Assembly: GCA_011109175.1 (NCBI GenBank)
Contig: RDEW01000077.1
Span: 13,957-77,956, forward strand
Length of the DNA: 64,000 nucleotides
DNA from: Dicyema japonicum
Taxonomy: Eukaryota; Animalia; Dicyemida
Reading direction: 5' to 3'
The stretch's first letter is position 1. Each line of letters starts with the position of its first letter. The notes beneath the pieces are model-generated. The model searched no databases and was not told the DNA's origin. It saw nothing but the letters and a program-made list of their open reading frames with translations. The position numbers and the translations under genes are program-made. Of the stretch, positions 10,691 to 22,749 are shown piece by piece.

Positions 10691-11329
10691 GTTTATGTTT
10701 TTATCGTACTCTAAATCAATTTATTCTACCCGTTATCAAGTGCAACTGTTAACGTCAAATGACTAGTTTCGAAAATTAAACAGGAAACCTTAGCATGGAT
10801 TTGGGACGATATAAGTTAGCTTGGAATCGGACAACCTCGATAAATTGTGGAGACGTGCAAGGGGAAAGTTACACTGAGAAAACTGATAGAACGGATAGTG
10901 AAGAGCACGTCATGACCAGTCCCCTATGTATTCATATCCTTATGGGGAACGCGGAGTCCATTTAACTAACTTAACTAACTCACTAAAGATCGATATCTCC
11001 TTTGTATCATTTGCCAGCCTTTGAGCAAAAAGCAATCCCTGCGTAAGAGATCAGAGATAAAAACCCGATGGCATGTTTTAGGATCCTAACAGGGATAATC
11101 TTCCTGCGATAAGTTGTTATAGTGTGAACTCTTTAATTCATTGTGAGTTGCTAGAGATTTTTTTTCGATGATTTTCATTAAAATTAATGAGAAAAGTCCA
11201 GTCTATTTTAGTTAATGATTAAATGCGATGATGCTAAGGACTTAATATTTAATCACCAATATGAAGTCATAAGAAATACTGTGCAAAAGAAGGGAGCTAC
11301 TGAGTGAGGCAGGGGTCAACTAATGGCTG

Positions 11330-12250
11330 AGTTTTATAATTATCAACGACATAAGCATATTAGATATCAACATATTTGGGAATCTTCACTCGAATAGCTC
11401 ATCAAATGTTACAAAAAGTGACAATTCATAAGAAACACATGTCTATTTTTGATAACCAATGGTTATAATATGCCAGAATAAATTATCTACCCCCAAACAG
11501 TGTGAATAATTTACTGTTGGCAACCAAAAGCAATCAGAAATTTTTGAGAAGTCAGAGGACCGCAGCCTTTACTGCATGGTGATTTCTTCTCTCGATGGAA
11601 ATATATTGGAACATCCGGCAACATTCTCTAAGGTCACTGAAACTATCTGAGTTTATACTAAGTGAAGAAGACGAATGTCCAAGTGCTCTGGGGGTTTCTA
11701 CAACGAGAGAAATGAAAGTGGCTTCCTGAAGATGCCTGAATATTTTTACCATTTGTTTTATTAATGTTATGGACCTTAATGATATCTCAATGACAGGCAC
11801 AATGGGCTGTCCTCGAACTGGTTTTGAAAACATGCACATTCTGCATATACCTAAATAAGATATCCCCCATACAATATATAGGATTTCCTGACTTATTTTA
11901 CATGATGCAATCAATATAGTAAATCTGCATTCTTGCTGTAAACAATATATTCTAAACACGTTTGGTATAAAATACTCAGGGACAGGTATCAAGAATGGAA
12001 ATATTTGTAAGTAGTCATCAGTGAAATTGGGAATGCAATCACAGAGATGGTTTCTCAGCCTTAAAATCACTATCATCCGTGGCTATGCTCACTGTCTTTT
12101 GGCAGCTGGTGCCTGATTTGGTTTGGTTTCATTATTTAATATATAGAATGGGTTAAAAAACATTTTCAAAAAATACAGCTCGGAGATTTGATTTTAATAT
12201 TAATTTTATAAGCGAATTAGTCTAAGTCGTCACTAAATGTGGTCGTTTAT
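11330..12250 (+). pseudogene. Putative Polinton/Maverick major capsid protein relic
   Basis: Across stops and frameshifts: SLDGNILEH..TETI*VY, GGFYNERNESGFLK..EYF, YGP**YLN, GYA...FWQLVPDL. These loosely follow the recalled Polinton MCP motif order. Confidence 0.4.
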
Positions 12251-12599
12251 TTGGTTTGTGTTCCCTTGGTCTTCCTCGTTTTAGCTGATATGAGTGAATG
12301 GTCACTGAACCACATAAGGCCTAATTTCAATGTGACTGAAAATCAAGTGGACTGGAATGTCGTGAGATATCCCACTTAACTCTAACAGATATTTCGACTG
12401 ATTCTGATGTGGGGAGGAGAATAAGAGAAAGTTGGCGCCACAATCTTCTAAGAGAAGGATTGGGATTACCAGCGATCTGGATTAATATCTACTTAATTTG
12501 ATAATTTACTCGTTTTACTTTATAGCCACTTTATGTTTAAATAAAATCAATACATTGATTTTTTGGATGAAACAATTTATTAACATAAAGTAAAGTTGT

Positions 12600-12690
12600 T
12601 AAGACAGGTCTCCATTAGGACCTGCAGGCACTGAACGCGCAATGGGAGTTACCTCTCAGAATAGCGAGTTTAATGTTATGGAAAAGCCAT
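12600..12690 (-). mobile_element. Tiny CRE 3' end
   Basis: IKLAILRGNSH. Confidence 0.6.
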
Positions 12691-12989
12691 AAATTAATTA
12701 TATATTTCACTGTAACTCCAATATACAGTCAGAAAAATAAGGAAAATAAAAAAATTCAAGTGAAATTGGGTCTCCTATGTAATGGTTAAGTATTACTTTT
12801 CTCTTGGGTTTCTTAGCTGAATTACAGAAATTTGAGAGAGTTTGAAGACTAAAAGAGTATATGTTCTTTTCAAGGAGGACTCTAGTGCTAAAAGGAGCAT
12901 TTTTAAAGCTATAAAACGTGTACACGACTATATCCTAAATTTTTTTAGTTCCCCCAAGTCAGACTTATACGAGTTTCTTCAATTTGGTC

Positions 12990-13480
12990 ATCTGTAATTA
13001 GAACTCAGACAGATCAGGTTTGCGATGTCTAACAACTTTATAAAGAAGAGCGACGGAAAGTTGTATCTTCCTTGATGTGATGAAGGCATCAACTGACAAG
13101 AGTTATGTTAAGAACATCAGCTCAACTTTTTACAAGAGTTATGTTAAGAACATCAGCTCAATGTCTATAATACGGGTCTCATTGCTTATTTCATGGAGAC
13201 ACAGTCTTATAATTAAATGCAGTTATACTTATTTGAGTGATTTTCTGTAGTGAAACCGAAAATTTTAACTCATTTTAATATCGCACTGTAAAAATTTTCC
13301 AACAAGCAGACTCGTTTACTAAATTACTGATGAGAGCGTTTTCAAGCAAGTCATCGTAGAAACCATTCGTCTTCCCAGTTAGTCCTTTTACCAAGGTGGT
13401 TTTGTTTTTCCTGAAGACCTGAAGAATTCGAAATTTGGAGCCTGATTGGAGTGTTCGTCTCAAATGGAAAAGGAACGAGG
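12990..13480 (-). pseudogene. Putative Polinton-type packaging ATPase (A32/FtsK-like) relic
   Basis: FPFETNTPIRLQISNSSG.GKT..LVKGL (Walker A across frameshifts), later RIIDIELM...DAFITSRKIQLSVALL (Walker B-like plus the following motif). Confidence 0.5.
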
Positions 13481-14139
13481 TCTATTGAAAGACATTAAAA
13501 GTAACAATATTTCCTACTCTTTACTATTCATCGGAGAGAATTGGGAGATTGAATGATACTAGGATATCTCGACGTGTCTATCTTGCGAAGTTCGATTTAA
13601 CAAATTATGCCCTTTGTGAACGTTAAATTTGAGACGTAAAAATCGAAATCATTCTAAAACATATTACTTTTTTTAAAAAGAATAATATCTCAATAAAAAA
13701 TCCGATTTCCTTTAATGAGACGCCTTTATATGGAGATCAGGGCGTAGGATCTTTATGGCATCAAGATCGAGTTAAAGGATACCAGTGACCAGTCCCCAAG
13801 TTAGAAGATGTCGAGATTTGGGATCAATTCGATGATGAAAATTCCCTAATTCAATATAATAAAAATAAAGATTTTTTTAGTAAAAATAGGTCATAAATTC
13901 AAGGAATGACATTCCGGAGGTTTGCGGATTGGGGATTTGGATGAATTTAAGGATCTCATGGATTTTCTACTTCATAGAACTGTCGGCTTTGGATAATGAA
14001 CCAGAAGGGGCGCAAAAAAGGACTGAATAATCCTGTTTGGAAAAAAGTCGTCTCCTTGATGGTAAAGTTCATTTGAATTAAAATTGAACACAGAGTTGTA
14101 GTTTCGGTAATTATTTGAATTCTGAACGTTAATTGGATA

Positions 14140-14350
14140 ATAATAATATTCGTACTTTACGAGGAGCCATATCAGTCATCGCTCTCCACAGGAGAACACA
14201 CACTTATTTTAAGAAGAACAGTTATAATAGCTAATTGAGATCAAGGAATACTCTTCACTTCTTTGATTTCTTTTTCTTTGGTGAATGTCCTTTATAGACG
14301 AACGGTCCAGCAGTGAAGTCACTGATGACGGCGTCACTCGTCAAGCCAAA
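14140..14350 (-). repeat. 3' end of an I-group LINE (family D) with (TAT)n tail
   Basis: AAGTGAAGAGTATTCCTTG...TTAAAATAAGTGTGTGTTC...GGCTCCTCGTAAAG..TATTATT. The same motif occurs at 18880-19020, 35930-36062, 46820-46960, 52930-53065 and 63730-63875. Confidence 0.75.
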
Positions 14351-15559
14351 ACATGAACCTTCAACCGAAATGTGTAGTATCGGGATATAAACTAGCGATA
14401 TTCTTGTCTCTTACTCGGCTACCGTCACACTGCACCATCCGTCAATGGATAAAAGGGATCACATTAAGTTTACAATGAAAGCAATTACAGGAAATAATCT
14501 GGGTTTCGGGGGAATAGTCTCAGTAGTTATCCCAAAACTCATTCTAGGGAGTCTTATAATTTTTGAAATCGTTTGTAACCAGTTGTAATAGTAACCATTA
14601 GAAAATGCGAAACACATGTTTACGGGAAATTACACTAAAATTTCGCAACGATACGAAACTACTTTAAAATGATATAAACTAGGAATATAACTTGGTTTCT
14701 CTTGTCAAATCTAAAAGACCGCATCTTACTGGGTTTCTTGTTCGATTGTGCTTCTTGAAGCTTTCGACCGAAAACTCAACTTTAATATCCAGTATTTAAG
14801 TCAATTGTGAAAAAATGCTAATCAAATTATAGCACTACGTTAACGTTGGCACCACGAGGCTCACTAGTTTCTAAGTATGATTCGTCAAAAAATCAAAAAA
14901 TTGCATTTCTAATATATGAGATACAGGTCCGATCGTTTTTAGCTAATTTTTATATAATAATTCGACAAAGGAACATACACGAAGAATCATCAGCAATTCA
15001 TCCTGAGTCTCCAGTTATTTTAAAGATAATTAATTCTTGTTTTTAAAAACAAAAAATAAAATTAGCAGTCCTTCAAATCCGCTCACATAATCAGTCTCAG
15101 ACAAGCTGAGATAGTTTTTAGATTTTTGAAAAAATCATAGGACGAGTGTCAAAGGCTGCAGAAATTTTCGTAAAACGAACGTTTCATAATCACGGAGGTT
15201 ATCATACTTCCAACGCTTTAATATTTCTGCTTTTCCATCTTTTGACCAGTTTCGGCAGCACTTTGAAGGAGGTTGTTTATAAGGAATATTGTCCGTACAT
15301 TTGAAACATTATTCGAAATTTATATGAATAGTTAAGTATAAAGTGTGAAGTTTTATTTACCTCCGGTTTTTTCGGATAAAAGAAACTGATGGCTAACAAA
15401 AACAGTGCAACCAAAGCGGACTCTCCAGAGATCCGACAAATACACTTGGTCATAGCAGAATTAGGAGGTGGATCGGACAAGAGAAGAGGTGACCTGTCTT
15501 TTGGTCGTCAAGCAAGCATGATGGATATAATGGAAAGGACGATTATCTAATCGTGTACG

Positions 15560-17700
15560 GTTGCGAACATAAATCCAAGTGGTGGCCACAGGATATGAAC
15601 TACGCGCAGTAGAGAAACTTCGCTACTGTCATAATCGGTGGAATAAACTTCGCTACTGTCAAAGTCCCGAAGATGTTGATAAAAAAGATATAACTTTCTA
15701 ACCACATATCAGAAATACAATAACAGCTGGGAAGATATACTAGTGGAGAGTCCAGATTACCGAGGTAGGAATCCTTTTCTTTAATTCTTTTTAAGTTTCC
15801 GAACTAATTTTTATCTCTAATAACTACTTCCGCGCTCGTGCCACAACCTATGGTATCTGGATGATACATTCCTCTTCCAGGATTTGGAGGTGATAATTCC
15901 AGCCCAGTCAGAAGATGGACTGGAATTAAATTGCAGTAAATGCGAAATTTTCAATTGTGGACTTTTAGAAGAAGAGTATTTAAAAACTGTCATCATTTGC
16001 AAAGTTACTACCTGAAAGTATTTCCACGCTCGATAAAGAACTTATATTCCACGAAGGTTCGCAACCCCGTAGACATCTCTCTCATTGTACATCTCTCGTC
16101 GCTAATTGGCAATCCTGAGTTTTTTTAGTTTGAATTACTGAATGTATTGTTTCTATAGGTAATTTATCCACATACTCCAAAAAGAAAAGATTTTATCGAC
16201 TCTGCTGTGGTCTCAAGAATAGATGGAACATAACCTCCCTACTTCCCTTGTATCCATGGTATCAATATTTTTGAATATCTCCTAAACAGGATGCATCCTT
16301 TTCGAATCGTATCTCTTTTACCAGGCGTCTATTTAAAGCAGCCACAGAATTCCGTGGACACCGTGCCTGCTATGGGAAAGATGGGGTGAAGTATGATAAG
16401 TTAGAGCACTCTTCCCCGATGTATTTCGTAGGAAAAATTAGTAATATTTTGACGTATATTCCATCCTCGTTACCTGAAGAAAAAAGATAGCTCATAATCT
16501 GCTAAAATCTTGTGAAAACGGGACATTCAGTTTATAATTAAGTCGACTTCGATAGGAAGATATTAGCATCGAGAATATAGAAACTTGGTGGTTGCTAATC
16601 TATATGTCGTATAATCTTGACTTAGCGAGTAATGGTAATCTTCTGAGACGTCATCTCTCCTGTATTTCAGTAGTCCAGTGATCGAGTCATCTATCTTGAT
16701 CCCATTATACTGGAGGAACGATATATGTAATCACGAACTTCTATATAGTCCATGATAGTTTTATCAGTGATACTTATCCTTTCTCAGTGTTTATGATCTA
16801 CCTCCCTAGCTTATTGTATGAATAGCTTAAATGAAAAGGTAACTGGACAAAAACCCTCTCAGGACAATATTACAATCCCATCCGAGACTTTAAGGGGAGG
16901 CAGACATGTTAAGACCACTACTTACCCTAGTGGTCTTATCTAAGGAGACCCTGGATGAGCTAAAAACTTAACATTACACTGCAGGAAAGTGGATAGTGAT
17001 CTTATCGCAGAGCTATAATAGTATTTTTACATTTACCATATTTTTCGAATAGGTCAGGATTCTCTGAGATTACAGACTACTCATCCACTTTGCCTTGGCG
17101 CAATGTTGGCAGGGAAATCAGAGTAAACCCATCTTACGGAAGTGTAGAAGAATATATACGACTTTTTTGGATAGCTTATTCTCCGCTTCTTTATTCTGAT
17201 ACTCTCAGAATTCTATTATAGGATCTCTTTGATAGATATATGGACGAATATTCATAATATCCTTTTGGCTAGTACATGAGCTGCGGTTAACCTGATGTAC
17301 TATTTGTATTTATCATAATCTCTACACAGTCAGGTAATAAGATATAATGTGATTTTTTTATAATTGAGGACAAAAAAAGAGAAGATGACTTTATTACTTT
17401 ATTAGGTAAATCATATAAAGAGTTTATTGCGTAATGTTGTGGCCGGACAGATATCCCTGGTCAGCATATTAAAATATCGCTAATATTCCATACATAAAAA
17501 GAATTTCTTCATTGAGCATAAAAAATGGGGTCATTCAAGGAAGTATTTTATGTAATGTAATAAATTCCGTGATAGATGTAGATACAACACGCCCTTTCAG
17601 ATTCTTTATTTCTGAATAAAGAGCGATAGAATCCAGATTCACTTGATGTAATGTAAAAACAAGAAAAAAGTGTAGGAGAAATAGGAGTCATCTCGATCAT
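15560..17700 (-). pseudogene. Putative protein-primed family B DNA polymerase relic (Polinton-like)
   Basis: In expected order on the minus strand: PTKYIGEECSNLSYF; GTVSTE; FRRYSK..GK*GGYVPSIL; KNSGL.QLA..N...YG (motif B); AGIITS; a decayed DTDS-like GATAAAAATTAGT; KDSYLGNL; I.F...G.KSY. Many stops and frameshifts. Confidence 0.55.
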
Positions 17701-17946
17701 GACAGATTGCCATTACACACGTGGTATCCATAACTAACGGTTTCCCTTGTCCTTTATTTATTTAATCCGTGGCTATGTTCCACTAACATAATTTAAGAGA
17801 TTAACGAATTTCACCTCCATCTTCGACGTTTTTTTTGATTGGAAAAGTTTGTGGAAGGTATATCATCGCTGGATCATTCTTAATAGGCAGTTAAGGATTT
17901 TGGGATATTCTATTGATTAATCTTTTTAGGAAAATCCATAAAAATT

Positions 17947-18282
17947 TTGTCAGACATCTCAACTTGGCCTGTCACCCCAAATCCTTTTGTGTCTAATAAC
18001 GGCTATGGATGGTATCTGAGCTCCATCTCTTATGACACAGTTCATTATAAATTAAGTGATCTCCATCCAAAATCCCATAGTGATTCTTTCAGCAATATCA
18101 TCTTTTATATTCTCAATGAAAGAAATGGTCTTTGTGAATATTCTATCACGGATTTATCGTTTGGACCATGCGCCGGAAAGAACATCAACACGAGAAGGGA
18201 GAGATACTTTCATGTACCCCCTCTTAACGAGGGCGGTGTGTTTATTCATGATGAGGAGGATATCTTAAATGTGGTTTCCTAA
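17947..18282 (+). other. 111-aa open frame of unknown function within the Polinton-like region (minor capsid possible)
   Basis: Open frame; GWYLSSISYD faintly recalls the penton WEVxLxEIxYP motif. Position between viral relics is the main support. Confidence 0.2.
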
Positions 18283-18699
18283 AAAGTTTTTACTTTATAA
18301 ACTAAAATCACGTGGTTATAAATTCAGAGTCCTATAACCTTAAAGGAAGACTTTAATCAACCATAATATTTTTTTAGAATCTAGAACTTTGTTTTCTTCC
18401 ACTCAGAGTTGATTCATTTCGGAGGTTCTGATTAAACTGATAGGGTTTCTTTCCAGTGAGAGGATACCATGAGAAAGTCTTTTTGAGACCCAAGTGGTGA
18501 CCTTGTATTCAGAGGGAAACGGGGTAGAATCGCTTTATCTGAGCCTGAACCAAGAAACTGAAACAACTAAAGACTAATGCAGTATGACAACAAAATAGGA
18601 GATCCCCTTTCTTACTCGGCTCTCCTCTACTTTATTTGATTCCTACACAGAAAATCTGTGAAAAAAAATATATCTTCAACTGACCAAGAGCCATCAGCA

Positions 18700-19020
18700 T
18701 ACTCATCTTTTCCGGTTCATACTTTTCAATAGGACTAACGATGTTCTATCCTAATTAATCAATCTGCCAGGAGCATATCAGTAGTACTCATCATAAGGAC
18801 AGTCCTTTTATTCTCGATTACTTTAGTACATCATCAGTGGACATTCACTGCGGAACAGATAGCCTAAAATGGACATACACCCAAGAAAAAACAAAAAAGT
18901 GAAGAGTATTCCTTGTTCCTTCCTCGATTAGCTATTATAACTTAAAATAAAGTGTGTGTTCTATCTGTCGGGAGCGATAACTGATATGGCTCCTCGGAAA
19001 GTGCGAATATTACTTCTCTT
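18700..19020 (+). repeat. Family D LINE 3' end
   Basis: Homologous to 14140-14350 (inverted) and 35850-36062. Confidence 0.7.
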
Positions 19021-19149
19021 ATGTCATAAGTGCAGGTTAATTTATTTTATTTATACATCGAGCTGAAATATTCGCCTCTTTCACTGATATAAACGATATT
19101 CAAGAGCTTTTGCGTCAACAGATACTAAAAAACTGATGTGCTGATACTA

Positions 19150-19570
19150 CACCCCTTTCGTGTCTAAAAGATATATGTACCTATCTCTCAATACTCTTAT
19201 GTCACAGTATCTTCCACTGACCAAGAATTGCGTGTTTCCCATTCATGGAGGCAAGAGAGGTGTCCCTTCTGGGATTCAACTTGCACGGAAACTTTCTCGA
19301 CAGAGAATTTGTTCAAGTCATTGTTGCGCGTGGGTTCCTAAGCGAGCATTCCTGAAAACTAGAAAATGAGGAAGTACCTCGTGTTGGTGACCGGTTCGCG
19401 TTCAGCCGATCTCCGTTGAGACGTCTAATGTTATTGATTCGAGCATATCTAAGTTTATCAGGCTAATCGGACGGTTGTGGGGCTGCGGAAGGGCGAGCCT
19501 AGAATGACACAATGGCTCCTCCAGGACTGCAATTATGCGAGATAACTCCATGTTCTTCCAAGAAGACAAC
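19150..19570 (+). mobile_element. CRE 3' end relic
   Basis: GK...WDSTCTETFS, FAFSPISVETS, FIRLIGR, QWLLQ..AIMRDNS across frameshifts. Confidence 0.7.
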
Positions 19571-19859
19571 CTACATTTCGTACTTGAGAGATTGTTGTAT
19601 AGCTTAAATGCCCAAATTTGAAGTTCACTTGTATAACGGAAAGAGGTTAAGAGTTAACTAGCTTCTAAAGTTCACTTGGTCATATTGGGACGCATCTATT
19701 GCAAGTATCACGTGTATCCATATCCTCATCGTATTAACTCCTCCGCTGAAGTAGGAGGAGAGGAATCTCTTTTGGATGCCGGCCAGGCATTGTCGCCTGA
19801 GTCAGGTAGATCCCATGGCGCCTCATAGGTATTGAAGAAAGAATATTGATTACTGTTTT

Positions 19860-22552
19860 TATATTTAACCCAAAAACACCAATAGTTAATCTCGTTGAAA
19901 TTAATTAAGTGATCCCTACAATCCTGAAGAGCTTTCTCAGCTTCTCCAGATGTTGGACTTTTGACCCAACACATTCACGGTACGGGCGGGGGACAGTGTT
20001 CATGAGAAAGCTAATTGGGGTGATGTGCTTCTGGCAACTTGACACAGACGGACTGTCGACGACAGGTCCTGCTGGAAGGTTAACATTAAGAAGCTCTTGC
20101 CGTTTTGCTCAATAAGGTGGTCAAAGACTGGGTGGAATATTGTTCAGCTTTGCGATGTGCATTATGGTAGTCGCCGGGGTGTTATCAACTTTAAGACGGT
20201 TGATCCATGAGAGATTAATTCCCCATGCTTCACAGGCGTAACTGATTGTTGGCTCGATGAATTGCTTATAGAGAATACCGAGAGCAGGGAATGGCTTTTT
20301 TATTCCACCAAATATGGTTTTGATTAAACCAATTTTTCTGACAAGTTCCAATGGTCTCAATATGGGCAGAAAAACACATGTACGTATCAAAAGTGACCCT
20401 CAGAATTTTAGGGTTCTTCGTAAAAAGGATTTTTTCGTTGTCCAGGAATATATCCACTGTACATCTTCCGAGCTTTTTATCCGAGGTAAATAGAGTGGTG
20501 GAGGATTTTTCGGGAGATATATTCATCCGGTTTTAGTGTAGCCAAGTTTGAATTTGAAACAAGAGTTCTTGTACTTTTTTTGAAGCATTCGTGAGGTCTT
20601 TATCACGTATAATGATGAGTAGGTCATAAGCATAAGCGAGAATTATAGAGTCTTCCATAACTGGGTTGGGAATGTCGGAAAGGTGTAAGTTGAATATGGC
20701 AGAAGACAGGACACGCCTTCTCCTTCCGCTGAGGATATTTAAAAGCCATAATTTTATGTTCGAGTTGATGGATAGTCTAAATATTTTTTGAGTGAGGATT
20801 TTTCTGGATACAGAATCGAAAGCCTTTTGTAGGTCGAGACATCATAAAACAGATTTTAGATGTGGTTTTGCAGAAAAGCCTTCAATAATGAACTGTTCAA
20901 TGAGGTGAGTTGATGTAGATCGGTCTCTCCTGAAACCATGTTGATGTGCAAACGGAAGGACACGATAAATGATGCGTGTAGAACGAGTTTTTCCAAGCTT
21001 TGAGGATGAGCATAATAGTGCAATGGGTCTGTACGAAGAGGGGTCGTTCTTCGGCCTTCCTAGCTTGAGAATTGGGCGTATGTTAGACTTTTCCAAATAT
21101 CTGGAATTTGGTTATGGTTTATTGAAAAGTTAAAGATGTTCCGGAGCGCTTCTATCCAATTGGGCCGAGACCTTTTTGGCTTCGTGGACGTAAAGGAAGG
21201 GCTGGTTTTCAGAAATTTATTGAGACTGATTCCGACAAAAAACATCATAGGTTGTTTAGTTCTTGGAGATTTGCTGGCCTGTGTTATTGGGTTTTGTATA
21301 TGGTCCGAGCTTTTTAATGATCTTCCACTTGTAATAGGTAGATTTATGGTTGCAAAGACCACTGATTCTGCTTTCCCAATCATTCCTTTAAGATGACTTC
21401 AACCTCTGTGCAACTGCGTCGTTGAGGATCTTGATTTGGCTTCTCCTCCCGGGGAAAATGGAAGATTCCTTTTAAGCTGATTCCTTTCTTTGATGAAGGC
21501 TCCAGTTTCTTAATCTAGTTTATCGTTGTACCGCCTGAAGAGCATCTTGGGATAAATAGTTTTCTTCCCAATAAAATCACGATATTCAGGTTTTTTACAG
21601 CTCCATCAATAGATTTGAATAAATTGGTGTCGAAATTTTGTACCATTATGTCTGTGAAGGTTGTATAATCTCTCCAGTTTGCGTTCTTATAGTTGAAGAA
21701 TGACGTAGTTTTCTTCCTGAGATGAATGGCTTTTTTGAATCCGATGATGATTAGGTTGTGATCAGAGTTGAGGCCATAGTCGACAGACCATGAAATGGTT
21801 GAAGTTAGGTTAGTGCTGCAAAGTGTAAGGTCCGGAGAGGTATAACATTCATCATCCTTGTAAGGCGTCCTAGTATGGGTCTTCGGATTGTTGAGGATCG
21901 ATATTGGCGAGAGTTGTTCAAGTACGGACCACCCTCTGGAGTCAGCTCGTTGTGATTTTAGCCAAATTGGGTGCTTGCCATTTTAATCTCCACAGATAAT
22001 CAGATTCTAGGGTTGTTCAACTTCGAGAGGTCTGGGTTATGTCACTTCGGGCAGGGAAGAGGAGGTGGAGCATAAAAATTAGCAATGTTGACCTTTCCAA
22101 TGACGATTGGAATCGAGATGCCTGTTATTTCTGTAAAATCGTCTTGAATCAAAGATTTGAGGTCATCTGTGATGTCAATATACAGTAACCCGTTCTTAAT
22201 TATGAACATGAGACCTCTGCCTTTTCGGTTCAACCGGTCCAAGCGGATGCAGTTGTATCCAGGGAAAGAAGCAGTAGTCAAGGTAGGCGTCAATCTGGTC
22301 TCTTGAATTGCTGCCACATCCACATTTTGTTTATTTAGGTAAGCGCGTAGTTAGAGAATTTTTCCTCTGATTCCATTGATGTTAAGCTGTAGAATCGTTA
22401 GTTGCGGCCCTGGGTTTTGCTCCACGTCGCCGGCAAGTAGCAAGGTTAGGTCTTTTATCCAGAGGAGGCTGAGGCAGCAGGGTTGTGTCGTCTGGAGATA
22501 AAGCACATAAAGCACTCGGCGCCACCATAAAAGGTGGACCACATGACGCCAC
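19860..22552 (-). mobile_element. Near-full-length Ingi/Vingi-like LINE: 2A + APE + RT + C-terminal Cys/His region (inactivated)
   Basis: LLLAGDVEQNPGPQLTILQLNINGI; DVAAIQETRL; PDLTLC; SDHNLII; IWKSNIRPILK.G...SYRPIAL; QHGFR; DLQKAFDSV; GSVLSS; YAYD (mutated YADD); KNPKILRVTFD; YACEAWG. 3' GGGATCAC end. No RNase H or separate ORF1 seen. Confidence 0.85.
22405..22490 (-). other. 2A-like (StopGo / ribosome-skipping) peptide DVEQNPG|P
   Basis: GAC GTG GAG CAA AAC CCA GGG CCG at 22428-22405 is an exact D(V/I)ExNPGP match, preceded by a hydrophobic LTLLLAG and in frame with the endonuclease. Confidence 0.9.
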
Positions 22553-22749
22553 GTTGCATTAACATTTTGTTTAGGTCATCCAGTATAAACGATTTAACAA
22601 ATTTATTTTAAATTCAAATAATTTATTTTTATTTTAAATTTCAATAAATTTTTGTTACTTATAATTACCGAAAAATACATTAACAATTCTGATCCACATT
22701 TAACAAGTTTTTATTAATAATGCTAACTACCTGTTCCTTTTCCCACATT

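Noticed and set aside
11552-12076. 174-aa minus-strand ORF as a real gene
   Set aside because: No recognisable motifs. It is antisense to the putative capsid relic and likely a shadow ORF.
14140-19020. ~150-200 bp inverted repeat (14140-14350 vs 18700-19020) bracketing the PolB relic, tempting as Polinton TIRs
   Set aside because: The same sequence recurs at 35930, 46820, 52930 and 63730 with a (TAT)n tail. It is a LINE 3' end inserted twice in opposite orientations.
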